A model generated the notes under the pieces. The model was not told the origin of the DNA. It saw only the letters and a program-made list of their open reading frames with translations, and ran no database searches. Position numbers and translations under genes: made by a program. From an uncultured Lachnospiraceae bacterium (GTDB lineage Bacteria > Bacillota > Clostridia > Lachnospirales > Lachnospiraceae): a stretch of 64,000 nt of DNA. The stretch covers positions 197,720 through 261,719 of the forward strand of contig CABUPO010000001.1 of NCBI GenBank assembly GCA_902493385.1, in the 5' to 3' direction. Below, piece after piece: positions 38,877 through 48,874 of the stretch; positions within the stretch are counted from its first letter, which is position 1; each line of letters begins with the position of its first letter.

Positions 38877-39318
38877 CCATTATAGCTTTTTCTTTTGTAA
38901 TCCTTTTAGTCATTTTTACTGTTGTGCCTTTTCCGGGTGTGGATTTCACGGATACCTCATCCATAAATGTCTGCATAAATGCAAATCCCAGACCTGAGCG
39001 CTCAAGCTCCGGTCTTGTAGTATACATCGGCTCCATAGCCTTTTTTATATCCGGTATACCCCTGCCGTTATCTTTAACACAGACAGCAAGCATATCTTTT
39101 TCAATCTGGCATTCAATATATATTCTTCCCTGCTCCATCTGATAATATCCATGTATGATTGAATTAGTTACTGCCTCCGACACTGCCATTTTTATATCCG
39201 ATATTTCATCTACAGTAGGATTAAGCCGGGCGGCAAATGCAGCCACCGCAACTCTTGCAAAACCTTCGTTAGCAGGCTCGCATCCAAATTCAATACTCAT
39301 TTTCTGCACTCTGTCCAT
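38845..39318 (-). CDS. spoIIAB: Anti-sigma F factor
   Basis: NEGFARVAVAAF, AVSEAVTNSIIHGY and ERSGLGF. Confidence 0.96.
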   Translation of the reverse strand: MDRVQKMSIEFGCEPANEGFARVAVAAFAARLNPTVDEISDIKMAVSEAVTNSIIHGYYQMEQGRIYIECQIEKDMLAVCVKDNGRGIPDIKKAMEPMYTTRPELERSGLGFAFMQTFMDEVSVKSTPGKGTTVKMTKRITKEKAIMDDIGMAVGYN

Positions 39319-39332
39319 ACTTCTCCCCCTGA

Positions 39333-39659
39333 TTAACATTCTTTTAATGCCTGAAATACATTATCGCACTTTGATACAATTTTATATACGCCCGATATAT
39401 CAAGTATTCTGTCAATATGCTTCGGCGCTCCGGCGACGTATACCCGTCCGCCCGTATACCGTACTTTCATATATTTTCCCATAATCATCCCTATTCCGGA
39501 GCTGTCCATAAATTCAACGTCCGACATATCAAATATTACATTTTTCACCTTACCAGTCATGTAGCATTCTTCAAATTCACGCCTTATTCTTTCAGCGCTC
39601 ATATGATCAATCTCTTTACCTGCGTGAATTATAAGATTGTTATTCTCAATCTGCATCAC
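39333..39659 (-). CDS. spoIIAA: Anti-sigma F factor antagonist
   Basis: STAS domain with EIDH and FMDSSGIG. Confidence 0.95.
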   Translation of the reverse strand: MMQIENNNLIIHAGKEIDHMSAERIRREFEECYMTGKVKNVIFDMSDVEFMDSSGIGMIMGKYMKVRYTGGRVYVAGAPKHIDRILDISGVYKIVSKCDNVFQALKEC

Positions 39660-39703
39660 TAGCCTCCTCGATTTTTTAATATATCTGTCTTATTTATACA
39701 ATG

Positions 39704-39740
39704 AAAAAGGCATACCGCTCTGTTACATAAACGGTATGCC
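39704..39740 (-). terminator. Rho-independent terminator after the TPR gene
   Basis: Stem GGCATACCG / CGGTATGCC followed by TTTTT on the minus strand. Confidence 0.75.
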
Positions 39741-39759
39741 GTCAGTCTTATCGTAATGC

Positions 39760-41169
39760 TTATTCATTATCAACGTCTATTCCCAGTTCACTGAGCCTGC
39801 TTTTTGCTTCAGACGCTCTTGGCGAATCAGGATAATTGTCGATAACCTGTCTGTAGTATTTTTCTGCCTTTTTGCTATTGCCCTGCTTATGATACAGTCT
39901 TCCAAGGAAATATATCGCATCGTAATTGTCAGGATTAAGATTAACCGCCTCAGTCAGGTAATCAAGAGCTTCCTCATATCTGCCGTTATTATAGCTTACG
40001 CGGCCTTTCTCAAACATATCGGCAGAAGCATTCTTTGCATCCTCGCTCTGTATCAGGGTTATTATACTTTTTACAGTCTCATTTTCTACGCCTGATACAT
40101 CAAGACCTGATATCATAGCAAGCGCCTCAGACTTTTTATCTTCATTGTAACTCTTATATGCCGCAATAATCTGCTCATAAGTTTCTGCCAAAGACAGCGA
40201 ATCATCAGTTGTTGCTTCTTCAAGCGACCTCTGCAGTTCGCTTATCTGACTGTTAAGATTTTCATTATCAAACTGCAGATCAGATATTGTTTTGTCCTTC
40301 GCTGCAAGCTTTTCACCATACTCGGCAACCTCGGAGTTTTTATCTGAATTAATTCTGCCTGCTATAGTAGGCGATATCAGAACAACTCCGACTAAAAGTC
40401 CTATAATAACTCCTATAATAACATTTACAAAAGGATATATTCTCGGCTTTTCGGTTTTATATGTTCCAACCTCCTTAACAACGACTCCGGAATCACCATG
40501 AAATACCTTTCGTTCTCCCGGCTGCGCTGTCTGCGAGGATGCGCGCGGCGCTGAGACATGTTTTACACCCAGCTCCTTTAAATACCTGATTGTAGTAGTA
40601 TTATTAATATCAACAGGCTTAATTGCTTTTAAAACCTTTACCGCAAGCTCTTTTTGTCCGCTTATCATATACATAAGCGCAAGAAGCTGATGAGCCTTAA
40701 CAAATCTTGGATTTAGCGAAACAACCTTCTTCAACTGGATAATAGCAAGATCATCATTGCCCTGCATTGCCGAATTAAGCGCCGCATTATATTTTTTGAT
40801 GGTTTGGTTAAGCGTATCAAGCGAACCGTTAGAATGAATACTCTCAATAAAATAATCCGCCTCATTATCCTCCGGTTGAAGATTCTTGCTCAGTATCCAC
40901 TGGGTCAGCGCCATCACAGTCTCGCCAATCTCATAATATACAAGTCCCAAAAGATTTCTCGCGTCAGTATTTTTCTTGTAATATTTGAGACTGAGATTCA
41001 AATCATCTATGGCGCCGCTCAAATCTCTGATATTGGCTTTTTCAAGCCCTCTGTTATACAGCGTATTCGATATTCTGACTACCCTTTTGTATACATTCAT
41101 ACTTCTGCCACAGTTACCGCAGCGCTCGTTCTGCATGGTAATTGGCTCTTTACATATAGGACAATTCAT
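39760..41169 (-). CDS. Membrane-anchored TPR protein: N-terminal zinc ribbon, TPRs, one TM helix, coiled coil, C-terminal TPRs
   Basis: CPIC..CGNC, ARNLLGLVY, TM VIIGVIIGLLVGVVLI and C-terminal AIYFLGRLY...YRQVIDNYPDSPRASEAK. Confidence 0.85.
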   Translation of the reverse strand: MNCPICKEPITMQNERCGNCGRSMNVYKRVVRISNTLYNRGLEKANIRDLSGAIDDLNLSLKYYKKNTDARNLLGLVYYEIGETVMALTQWILSKNLQPEDNEADYFIESIHSNGSLDTLNQTIKKYNAALNSAMQGNDDLAIIQLKKVVSLNPRFVKAHQLLALMYMISGQKELAVKVLKAIKPVDINNTTTIRYLKELGVKHVSAPRASSQTAQPGERKVFHGDSGVVVKEVGTYKTEKPRIYPFVNVIIGVIIGLLVGVVLISPTIAGRINSDKNSEVAEYGEKLAAKDKTISDLQFDNENLNSQISELQRSLEEATTDDSLSLAETYEQIIAAYKSYNEDKKSEALAMISGLDVSGVENETVKSIITLIQSEDAKNASADMFEKGRVSYNNGRYEEALDYLTEAVNLNPDNYDAIYFLGRLYHKQGNSKKAEKYYRQVIDNYPDSPRASEAKSRLSELGIDVDNE

Positions 41170-41198
41170 ACATTCTCCTCCAGTCATTCATACGAACA

Positions 41199-41339
41199 TT
41201 ACCTAGAACCAAGCTCCTTAAGCAGATCCTTTACCACATCAGTTACATCTTCATATTTGTTGCTGTACACAGCATCCTGAGTCTGTTCTATATCCATACT
41301 GGGCTGGAATTTTTTAAGTTCCTCTTCAAAATTAATCAT
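41199..41339 (-). CDS. Small acidic hypothetical protein (46 aa)
   Basis: MINFEEELKKFQPSMDIEQ... with SD AAGGAG, directly upstream of the TPR gene. Confidence 0.7.
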   Translation of the reverse strand: MINFEEELKKFQPSMDIEQTQDAVYSNKYEDVTDVVKDLLKELGSR

Positions 41340-41420
41340 TAGTCTCTCCTTCTTTGCTCTCAAACCTATAATACTTACAGGCAATCCAAAAATCAACAGA
41401 CATCCGTCGCATGATACGAC

Positions 41421-44063
41421 TTATTTTTCAAGCGCGGCAAGTCTTTCAGTCACCTGTTCCATCATATCCTGATATTTTTTCCGCTTGTCTTTCTCTTCGT
41501 TAATCTTGCTCTCAGGCGCCTTTAAAAGGAATTTCTCGTTACTGAGCATTTTCTCAGAGCGCATAAGCTCTGACTCAAGCTTCTTCTTCTCATTCTTAAG
41601 ACGCTCTATCTCAAGCTTAACGTCTACAAGTTCTTCAAACGGGATATATATAGAAGCTTCCGGTATAAGTATAGATACGGCGTCTTCGGCAATACCCTGC
41701 TTATCCTCTGAAATATATACGCTGTTTGCATAACCGAGCGTCGCAAAAAATACCTTGCTTTTCTCAAATATATCTCTTATTTTTTTATTGTCAGACACAA
41801 CATATACCGCCGCCTTACGGCCAGGCGCAACATTCATCTGAGACCTTACATTTCTGATACCTTTAACAGCTTCCTTAATTCTCTCAACAGCCTCTTCTTC
41901 ATCAGCAAAATGGTACTCGTCCCTGTATTCTGGCCAGGCGCTTATCATAATTGATATATCGCTGTTATCCATAAGCGTACAATATATCTCTTCCGTAACA
42001 AACGGCATATAAGGGTGAAGAAGCTTCAGCGCGCCGGTAAGCACACTCTTGAGAGTCCAGAGAGCAGCAGCCCTTGTCGTATCTTCTTCATTATACAGAC
42101 GCGGCTTAACCATCTCTATATACCAGTCGCAGAACTCCTCCCATATGAAATTGTATATCTTATCAGCAGCTATACCAAGCTCATATTTGTCGAGATTATC
42201 CGTAACATCGCGCACCGTATCATTAAACTTTGATATAATCCATTTATCCGCATCAGTAAGCTGCGGCATACTGTCAAGGTCTATTCCCTCCTCCGGAAGA
42301 TTCATCATAATAAACCTCGATGCATTCCATACCTTATTGGCAAAATTACGGCTCCCCTCTACACGCTCATTATAAAAACGCATATCGTTACCCGGAGCGT
42401 TGCCTGTAATAAGTGTAAATCTTAATGCGTCGGCGCCATATTTATCAATAATTTCAAGTGGGTCAATACCATTTCCTAACGACTTACTCATCTTGCGTCC
42501 GAGCGAATCACGCACAAGTCCGTGAATAAGCACCGTGTCAAACGGGGCTTTTCCAGTCTGCTCAATACCGGAGAACATCATTCTCATAACCCAGAACGGA
42601 ATTATATCGTATCCGGTAACAAGCGTACTTGTAGGGTAGAAATAATCCATCTCTTCGGTCTTATTGGGCCATCCAAGTGTCGAGAAAGGCCACAATGCCG
42701 ATGAAAACCATGTATCAAGAGTATCAGGATCCTGCCTCATCTTCTTACCGCATTCAGGACATACAGGTTCATCCTCTTTTGTAACAACCATCTTGCCGCA
42801 GCCGTCACAGTAAAATGCCGGTATCCGGTGTCCCCACCACAGCTGTCTTGATATGCACCAGTCACGGATATTTTCAAGCCAGTGGAAATATGTCTTTTCA
42901 AAATATTCAGGTACAAACTGTGTCTCATCATTCTTTACCGCTTCAATTGCAGGCTGTGCAAGCGGTTTCATTTTTACAAACCACTGCTCTGATACGCGCG
43001 GCTCCACAGTAGTTCCGCATCTGTAGCATACTCCGACATTATGGTCATGGTCTTCTACTTTAACAAGAGCTCCTTCCTTTTCAAGGTCTTCTACTATAGC
43101 CCTTCTTGCCTCGTAACGATCCATTCCGGCATATTTTTCATATTCATCTACTATCTTTGCATCATCTGTCATTACATTAATAACAGGAAGATTATGTCTT
43201 AAACCTACTTCAAAGTCATTCGGGTCATGTGCGGGAGTAATCTTAACAACGCCTGTTCCAAATTCCATATCGACATACTCGTCGGCAACAACAGGAATCT
43301 CTCTGTGGACAATAGGCAGTATAACCATTTTTCCTACATACGGCGCATATCTCTCATCTTTTGGATTAACTGCTATAGCAGTATCACCAAGAAGCGTCTC
43401 CGGACGCGTAGTTGCAAGCTGTATAAAGCCGCTTCCGTCTGCAAGCTCATATTTAAGATGCCAGAAGTGACCAGCCTGGTCTTCATGCTCTACCTCTGCG
43501 TCAGATATTGAAGTAAGGCAGTGCGGACACCAGTTAATAATCCTCTCTCCTCTATAAATAAGTCCTTTATTATAAAGTTTAACAAATACCTCTTTTACAG
43601 CCTCATTACATCCCTTATCCATTGTAAAACGCTCTCTGTCCCAGTCACAGGACGAGCCCATCTTTTTAAGCTGTGATACAATACGTCCACCGTACTGCTT
43701 TTTCCAGTCCCACGCACGTTCAAGAAATCCTTCTCTTCCAAGCTCCTCTTTTGAAATGCCTTCCTTACGCATGGCTTCAACAATCTTAGCCTCTGTCGCA
43801 ATAGAAGCATGGTCGGTTCCCGGAACCCATAACGCATTATATCCCTGCATTCTTTTATATCTTATAAGTATATCCTGAAGCGTATTATCAAGGGCATGTC
43901 CCATGTGAAGCTGTCCTGTAATATTAGGCGGAGGCATCACAATTGTAAACGGCTTTTTACTCCTGTCAACTTCTGCATGGAAATACTTCTTATCCATCCA
44001 TTTTTTATAAAGCCTGTCCTCAATGTCCGAAGGATTATATGTCTTTTCAAGCTCCTTTTTCAT
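41421..44063 (-). CDS. valS: Valine--tRNA ligase
   Basis: PPPNITGQLHMGHA, GTDHASIAT, DWCISRQLWWGH, KMSKS and a C-terminal coiled coil. Confidence 0.98.
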   Translation of the reverse strand: MKKELEKTYNPSDIEDRLYKKWMDKKYFHAEVDRSKKPFTIVMPPPNITGQLHMGHALDNTLQDILIRYKRMQGYNALWVPGTDHASIATEAKIVEAMRKEGISKEELGREGFLERAWDWKKQYGGRIVSQLKKMGSSCDWDRERFTMDKGCNEAVKEVFVKLYNKGLIYRGERIINWCPHCLTSISDAEVEHEDQAGHFWHLKYELADGSGFIQLATTRPETLLGDTAIAVNPKDERYAPYVGKMVILPIVHREIPVVADEYVDMEFGTGVVKITPAHDPNDFEVGLRHNLPVINVMTDDAKIVDEYEKYAGMDRYEARRAIVEDLEKEGALVKVEDHDHNVGVCYRCGTTVEPRVSEQWFVKMKPLAQPAIEAVKNDETQFVPEYFEKTYFHWLENIRDWCISRQLWWGHRIPAFYCDGCGKMVVTKEDEPVCPECGKKMRQDPDTLDTWFSSALWPFSTLGWPNKTEEMDYFYPTSTLVTGYDIIPFWVMRMMFSGIEQTGKAPFDTVLIHGLVRDSLGRKMSKSLGNGIDPLEIIDKYGADALRFTLITGNAPGNDMRFYNERVEGSRNFANKVWNASRFIMMNLPEEGIDLDSMPQLTDADKWIISKFNDTVRDVTDNLDKYELGIAADKIYNFIWEEFCDWYIEMVKPRLYNEEDTTRAAALWTLKSVLTGALKLLHPYMPFVTEEIYCTLMDNSDISIMISAWPEYRDEYHFADEEEAVERIKEAVKGIRNVRSQMNVAPGRKAAVYVVSDNKKIRDIFEKSKVFFATLGYANSVYISEDKQGIAEDAVSILIPEASIYIPFEELVDVKLEIERLKNEKKKLESELMRSEKMLSNEKFLLKAPESKINEEKDKRKKYQDMMEQVTERLAALEK

Positions 44064-44157
44064 AATTACCCTCATTTCCTGTTATTATGTATAAATATAA
44101 TATCTTATAGTATTCTAAAAGCGTTTTTCTGTCAAGATTAGGTTTTAGAAAGCGCAT

Positions 44158-44192
44158 AAAAAAGAGGCAGGTTCATGATTTCCTGCCTCTTA
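44158..44192 (-). terminator. Rho-independent terminator after the GH10 gene
   Basis: Stem AAGAGGCAGG / CCTGCCTCTT followed by a T tract on the minus strand. Confidence 0.8.
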
Positions 44193-44216
44193 ATAATATA
44201 ACATTGTGAACCGGTA

Positions 44217-46055
44217 TTAATAAACCTGATCTCCGCATTCTATACCGCCTGCCTGCAAGATTGCAAAATATACAGGCTTTGGCTGCAGCGTAAGTATTTC
44301 CTGAGGATCTTCATATGGTTTGAAGAGATAAGCAGCTCCCCAGCTTCCGTCACCGTCGCATATTCCCCAGTTAGTAACTGAAGTAACTCCGATGTAATCA
44401 CTGCCCTGCTCACTTCCGTAAGCGCCGTTCTTTGAATAATTCTTATAGATATCATACAGCTTCTTCATCTTTGATGCATGCGTATCCTCAGCTATATTTC
44501 TATTCTCATCAAGCTCTGTAATCTGAACTTCAAGTCCCTTATCAGCGATTGTCTTAATCATATTTTCCTGAGTAGCTTCAGGAATACTGTGTGACTGAAG
44601 ACCAATACCGTCGCAATATTTTACTCCGGATGTCTGATTCACCTGATTACAGGTTATATTAATGTAATTAACAAGCTTTATCTGATTCTGTGCGTCAGTA
44701 TTGTAATCGTTATATATCAGCGACGGCTTTCCTGTATAACCAAACTGTGCGCCATATTTTGCAAGAGCGTCCTGAATAGCCTGATAAGTATAGAGGTATG
44801 ACAGGTAGAGATAATCCTGCCCCATCGTTGCATACCAGTAGCTATGGCTTGCATCAGGAACTCTTCCTTCGTTTACTAACATATCCATTACATCTTCAGG
44901 ACTGCTGTCAGAAGTAACCTTCTTTCCTGACTGGGTTGTTACTCCCGGATTAGTTCTTACTGAAACAGAAGTACCGTTATCATCATATGTAAATGTAACA
45001 TTTCCGTTAGCCGCTTCATTAATTACGTCATATGCATATACTACGTCGCCATAACCATGCGAATAGATATAATCAATAATCTGGCTTATATAATCGTTAA
45101 GCCTCTTCTTCATTGTATCATAATCAGCCAGCTTATGATAATTGGACGTATCCCATCCGTTAGCCTCATAATCTTCAAGGCTGTAATCAGAATAGTTGTA
45201 ATCCTGAAGGAAGAAATACTCACGAACCTGTGAATGCCATACAAATGCATGGTAACGAAGCTTCAGGTTGTTAGCTTTACAATATGAAAGCACATTTTCA
45301 AGATTCTTATAGTTAATGATAACCTTTCCTTCACCATTAGTTGCATAGTAGTTATCAACATTAGCCTTACCTATTCCATCCGGATATGCATCTGTTGCTT
45401 CATCAGTTATAAGGCTTTCCATCTTAGTCTCATTACCCATTGTAACACTTGAGAAATGATACTTTACAAGCGCAGCTGATTCTCCGAACCTTAAGCTTCC
45501 CGAATCCGTGCTTATACCGCTGATAAAGTACTGGTTAAACAAATCCTTGATATGTACGTCCTCCGGCTGCTTCCACAGACATCCAGGATATGTGTCGTAT
45601 GGGAACGGAGTTGGAGTTGGTGTCGGCGCATTCGGATCAACCGTTGCCGTAGGCTGCGGTACAGGCGTTGCATTATCCACAGGTACAGGAGTTACAGTGA
45701 TATCAGCAGCGTCTTTTGAACGTACTGTAACCTTACATGTAAGCTTCTTTGTTTTTCCTCCCTGCTTGTATGATGCAGTTACAACAGCAGAGCCTTTCTT
45801 CTTTCCCGTAACCTTTACAGAAGTCTTCTTTTTGGCTGAAAGCTTTACTACAGATGCTTTACTTGTCTTCCATGCCACCTTTTTCTTATAATTCTTAACA
45901 GTCAGCTTTTTGGAAACGCCTACGTTAATAGAAAGCTTTTTCTTACTGAGCGCAGGCTTCTTAGCTGCATCTGCTCCTGCGTCCGATGCAAGCGGAAGCG
46001 TCATGCATACTGTAAGCGCAACTGCTATAGCCGCATATAACTTACGCATTTTCAT
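44217..46055 (-). CDS. Secreted GH10 xylanase-like enzyme with Lys-rich Ig-like module and P/T linker
   Basis: GH10 motifs GNETK, RYHAFVWHSQ, YDVINEA (acid/base), YNDYN, DGIGLQSH, QITELD (nucleophile) and WGICD. Signal peptide ending ADA|AKK. Confidence 0.88.
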   Translation of the reverse strand: MKMRKLYAAIAVALTVCMTLPLASDAGADAAKKPALSKKKLSINVGVSKKLTVKNYKKKVAWKTSKASVVKLSAKKKTSVKVTGKKKGSAVVTASYKQGGKTKKLTCKVTVRSKDAADITVTPVPVDNATPVPQPTATVDPNAPTPTPTPFPYDTYPGCLWKQPEDVHIKDLFNQYFISGISTDSGSLRFGESAALVKYHFSSVTMGNETKMESLITDEATDAYPDGIGKANVDNYYATNGEGKVIINYKNLENVLSYCKANNLKLRYHAFVWHSQVREYFFLQDYNYSDYSLEDYEANGWDTSNYHKLADYDTMKKRLNDYISQIIDYIYSHGYGDVVYAYDVINEAANGNVTFTYDDNGTSVSVRTNPGVTTQSGKKVTSDSSPEDVMDMLVNEGRVPDASHSYWYATMGQDYLYLSYLYTYQAIQDALAKYGAQFGYTGKPSLIYNDYNTDAQNQIKLVNYINITCNQVNQTSGVKYCDGIGLQSHSIPEATQENMIKTIADKGLEVQITELDENRNIAEDTHASKMKKLYDIYKNYSKNGAYGSEQGSDYIGVTSVTNWGICDGDGSWGAAYLFKPYEDPQEILTLQPKPVYFAILQAGGIECGDQVY

Positions 46056-46271
46056 AATCAAATTACCTCCTCATTTTAATGTTTTTAATTTTTTCAACTG
46101 AAATTTAATACAGTCTTCCTATATTATAATATTTTTAGTTTCAAAAAGCAATTGTTATTTCATATATATAAACGTAACGGCGCTAAAAACTATGACATTA
46201 TGTTAAAATATTCAGCAATTCCTCCGCATACGCCGTCAATCATTTTACATTCTTCTGTTATGTAAGGCCTT

Positions 46272-46715
46272 TTATATACATTGCTTTACACTCACCGGAA
46301 TTAAGATTGCGCGTACAAGTACAATAAGCAGCATATACACTGCCAGTATAAGCGTTGGATATATGCATAATCCGTCCTTAACCAAAACGTATATAACCGC
46401 AGATGCGGCAAAAACAGCTGCGGCAATACCTGTATTTCTGATAATAATATATCTTTTACGCGTGCATTCCCTGATAAGCTTAATAAGAGTAACAGCCTGT
46501 ATTGCAATTGTTATAAGCTCCAATACGAACAAAATAAGCTGCCAGCTCATAGCAAGTGAAAATATAATCTCTCCCTTTGTAACAGATACAGTATAATATT
46601 CAAATATTACAGCGACCGCAGCAGTCAGCAGAAAATATACCATCAGCAGCGCGGCGTAATATATTATCTTTTTCTTTGACCCATCCAAGTTATCAAAGCC
46701 CCTTTCCAAATTCAT
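46272..46715 (-). CDS. Hypothetical membrane protein (4 TM)
   Basis: Four hydrophobic segments; last gene of a tightly spaced three-gene membrane operon. Confidence 0.65.
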   Translation of the reverse strand: MNLERGFDNLDGSKKKIIYYAALLMVYFLLTAAVAVIFEYYTVSVTKGEIIFSLAMSWQLILFVLELITIAIQAVTLIKLIRECTRKRYIIIRNTGIAAAVFAASAVIYVLVKDGLCIYPTLILAVYMLLIVLVRAILIPVSVKQCI

Positions 46716-46727
46716 TATATTATTATT

Positions 46728-47852
46728 TTACATTATTGCTTCTCCGCGCCACATACATAATGTAACAAATACGGCAAATATTCCGCAGGCAAGAAGAATT
46801 ATATGCTTTACAATTTTATTATCTACAGCCCCGTATATAATGTAGAGCGCCACACATCCCATCATATATCTCGGTCCGCTTATCAGCCAGCCATGAAGAT
46901 AGGACAAAAACATATATGCTCCTCCGTATGCTACTATTGAAGCTGCAACTTTTTTCCTGAGCCCGTAGAACAACGCCAATATTCCCACAAAATACAATAT
47001 AAGCTGCGCCCAGTAAATTATAATTCCCAAAGAAAAATAGTCCAGCGCCGCATTATAATGCTGAGCAAGATTGTCAGATATCCAGTGCGATACATTATAC
47101 CAGGGCTCTGCCGCCTCATGCTCTACAAAGGCTAAAAAGTCTCCCTGTACGATTTTATTTATACAAAGATATATAACAGTACCTGCGGGTATTAAGAAAA
47201 CTGATAAGGATTTGATAATAAACTTTTTATTGCGTACCATATACATAACCGCCTCATATACGGCCGGCACTAAAAGAGCTATGCCCTGAGACCTGCTTAA
47301 CGCTGCAAACAATCCTGCAATACCGCATGCAAGCCATTTTTTCTCTCTTATATAATAAAGACACATAAGCGTAAGCATCATGAACAGGCTTTCTGTAAAC
47401 GGCTGAACCATGAACGCGCCCATCGGATATAAAAGATATATCGCAAAACTGTCCTTTGCCTTATCTTCTCCAAGCTCTCTGTACGCGAGCCTGTAAAGAT
47501 AATATCCGGAAATACCAAGGCATATATTGGATACAATTACTCCTGAAATAAAGTAATCCCTGAAAATTAACGCGAATATTTTCATAAGCGTCGGATACAG
47601 AGGATAAAATACAATAAGATTTGCCGTATCGCCAGAAGATGCGTAACCATTCTTTGCGATTTCTATATAATGGGGAACATCCCCGCTTACAGAAAATTTT
47701 TCATAAAAAAACGAGAAAAACCCGCCGTACGCATTATCAGCTCCAACTGCCGTTAATAATATGTAACCAAGCAATATAATAATCCAGTGAACAACAATCG
47801 TCGCCGTAAATATTTTTATAAATAGAACTAATTTTTCATTTTTCTTAGCCAT
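46728..47852 (-). CDS. GT-C fold glycosyltransferase (PIG-V-like mannosyltransferase)
   Basis: GDVPHYIEIAKNGY, VFYPLYP, FTESLF, ALSRSQG and SGPRY; multi-TM. Confidence 0.8.
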   Translation of the reverse strand: MAKKNEKLVLFIKIFTATIVVHWIIILLGYILLTAVGADNAYGGFFSFFYEKFSVSGDVPHYIEIAKNGYASSGDTANLIVFYPLYPTLMKIFALIFRDYFISGVIVSNICLGISGYYLYRLAYRELGEDKAKDSFAIYLLYPMGAFMVQPFTESLFMMLTLMCLYYIREKKWLACGIAGLFAALSRSQGIALLVPAVYEAVMYMVRNKKFIIKSLSVFLIPAGTVIYLCINKIVQGDFLAFVEHEAAEPWYNVSHWISDNLAQHYNAALDYFSLGIIIYWAQLILYFVGILALFYGLRKKVAASIVAYGGAYMFLSYLHGWLISGPRYMMGCVALYIIYGAVDNKIVKHIILLACGIFAVFVTLCMWRGEAIM

Positions 47853-47865
47853 GTTCTGTCTCCTG

Positions 47866-48771
47866 TCACAAATATCCGTAAATCATGCCGGTCATATGAA
47901 ATCCACTAAGAATAATCAAGATAATGTTAATATACACTAAATTTTTAACCGGGCGTACCACCATGCACGCCGGTACAATAAATACAAGTATATATTCTGC
48001 ATAACTTCCATATCCCACTGCCGCGCATATTATACTTATAATTAACTGCGTTACCGCAATACATACTGCATAAACAATGTCTGCATTCTTACTTTCCTTT
48101 TTATATATATAGCCTGCCGCACACAATACAACAGCGCACACACCGCTTATATGCGCCGCCATACAAAAGAGCGCAAATACAGCAGCCCATATTTTATGTC
48201 CATTATCCATACATAACAGACACAACGAAAATAACGCCATAAACAAAGCAAGCGGCGAAGGCAGAAAAAGGAATACCGCTCCCGGAATACACATGCAGAT
48301 TATAATATACTGCGCCGAATCCTGTCTTTCCATTCTCTTTTCCATATACATGCCAAGGCTTACGGCCGTTATAACTCCGCTAAGAAAGCTTATATACGTC
48401 GCACACTCTGTATACTTATCAAAAAGCATTCCTGAAAACAGCGATACAATCGCTGTATACAGCGGAAATCCAAAAAACGTTCCCTGTGATTCCAAAAATG
48501 TGCCTGACGGAGGATAATTCCATATAGCGGCAATATCAAAAACAGATATCGCACCGCGTGCAAAATTATATATAACCCCGCCGCATAACAACAAAACGAT
48601 TCCTGTAGATAACGAGATAACAGAATAGTATGATATACTTTTTAAAGCTTCATGAGAGCATGTACAAAAAGTGTCTGATATAAACCGAAACGCCAGAACT
48701 ACTATAAGCGCAATCATTAACGCACCGCCCACAGCGCCGATAAATTCTCCCAAAATGATACCCCTTTCCAT
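47866..48771 (-). CDS. Multi-TM protein, probably a degenerate GT-C paralogue
   Basis: FPLY and PGAVFLFLP motifs at positions matching the neighbouring GT-C, but without the D..HY and TES motifs. Confidence 0.55.
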   Translation of the reverse strand: MERGIILGEFIGAVGGALMIALIVVLAFRFISDTFCTCSHEALKSISYYSVISLSTGIVLLLCGGVIYNFARGAISVFDIAAIWNYPPSGTFLESQGTFFGFPLYTAIVSLFSGMLFDKYTECATYISFLSGVITAVSLGMYMEKRMERQDSAQYIIICMCIPGAVFLFLPSPLALFMALFSLCLLCMDNGHKIWAAVFALFCMAAHISGVCAVVLCAAGYIYKKESKNADIVYAVCIAVTQLIISIICAAVGYGSYAEYILVFIVPACMVVRPVKNLVYINIILIILSGFHMTGMIYGYL

Positions 48772-48874
48772 ATGTATTTTTTATAATAATACATTAAATT
48801 AAATACATTGTCAAAACAACAATTATGTTATATACTTCAATAAACATAATGGTAAAAAAGGAGAATTGTTTTTT

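Noticed and set aside
44064..44160. T-box leaders for valS (and for leuS and hom)
   Set aside because: The leaders are too short (about 100, 24 and 17 nt) and no T-box consensus was found.
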